Shown: piece after piece, positions 63,061 through 64,000 of the stretch
Layout: every line of letters starts with the position of its first letter
Position numbering within the stretch: the stretch's first letter is position 1
NCBI GenBank assembly: GCA_030704615.1
Contig: CM060734.1
Coordinates: 59,644,001 to 59,708,000 of the forward strand
Direction: 5' to 3'
From: Takakia lepidozioides
Lineage: Eukaryota > Plantae > Bryophyta
DNA length: 64,000 nt
The notes under the pieces: generated by a model
Database searches by the model: none
What the model was told of the DNA's origin: nothing
What the model saw: only the letters and a program-made list of their open reading frames with translations
Program-made: the position numbers and the translations under genes

Positions 63061-64000
63061 TGGTTGTGGGTCTCTTCAGGGATGCCTAGGCGTGAGCCTG
63101 GTCACGTGAGCGCAACTGCGCTCACGCCACGTCACCTTGCGCAAATGCCACGTCACGGGGCTCAGTCCACGTCATCACACGTGAAGGCCGAGTCACCACG
63201 CGCCCAGAAAGAAGTGGAGTGTATTCCCGCGGATTGGCACCCTTTACCGCGGAAACAAGCTGGACGACATAATAAAAGGCATTGAATAAAGGATGCATGA
63301 ATGTACAGTTGGATGATAAACATATGGATGAGTGTGAAAAATGTATGTAGATGGATGAATGACGGATGGATAAGAGTAAAATGGATGAATGTATAATGGA
63401 TGTTGAGCAATGACAAAAATTCATGACAGGAAGATGCATGACCAAATCTTTTGACGAATGCACAAAGTATATGAAATGAGTGTGGAAGGTTTGTGGGGTG
63501 GATTAAAGAGTACAAAGGATGAATGTACAATGGATGTTGTACAAAGGAAGCTTTCATGAATGGAGCACGCATGAATACAGTGTAGATGAATGTACAATGG
63601 ATATGAGAAGAGTCAAGAAGGTTTGTGAGATGGATTTATACATATAGCAATTTAAACGAAAGTTGATTCTGTGATTATTATTTGTTCTAAATGAACAACT
63701 ACGGTGGAGGAAGGGGATTCAACGTTTTCCAGATAATCAGGGAACGCCGCAGAAGGGAAAGAAGGCGGGCCGCAAACCAAAAGACAAGGCTGTTGATGTC
63801 ATAGCCATCTCACCAGCAAAGCCAAAGGACAAAGACAAGTCCAAAGAGAAGGAAAAGGACAAGGGGAAGGAGAATGAAAAGGAGATGGAGAGTGGGCAGG
63901 ACTTTACTGCTGGAAGATATACCCGCACTCTTCAGTGCGTGTTCGATGCCAAGCCACACCCTTCCCGTTCTGATTCAGCAGGAGAGATGAAAATTGTTAA

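Noticed and set aside
63730-64000. A lysine-rich open frame at the window end (KPKDKDKSKEKEKDK)
   Set aside because: It is possibly an exon, but it is low-complexity and truncated, so no product can be assigned.

Overview
Eukaryotic, intron-containing land-plant nuclear DNA. The gene and repeat types are most consistent with a non-seed plant such as a moss or lycophyte; this is an inference. A central gene island (about 16-45 kb) holds PDCD5 (+), ERCC1 (-), nucleoporin SEH1 (+), a decayed PLS-class PPR-E-DYW gene, a partial SEH1 duplicate and three paralogous NYN-LOTUS (MARF1/limkain-b1-like) genes. It is flanked by nested transposons. On the left are the 5' LTR and gag of a Ty3/Gypsy element inserted into a pogo/Tigger-type DDE transposon, a Crypton-like (DUF3504/tyrosine recombinase) pseudogene with a non-autonomous CACTA element in an intron, and PPR debris. 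On the right is a second Gypsy copy with a homologous LTR. Its pol region reads protease, then a DNMT3-like C5 cytosine methyltransferase, then integrase with a PHD finger; RT and RNase H are deleted. Its LTR is interrupted by a 7.8-kb TIR/TSD DNA transposon carrying a SWIM zinc-finger gene, two unknown ORFs and about 40 copies of a CpG-rich palindrome spaced about 62-65 bp apart. The methyltransferase/PHD retrotransposon and this motif-laden element are the most notable items. All calls come from reading the sequence by eye; no database searches were run.
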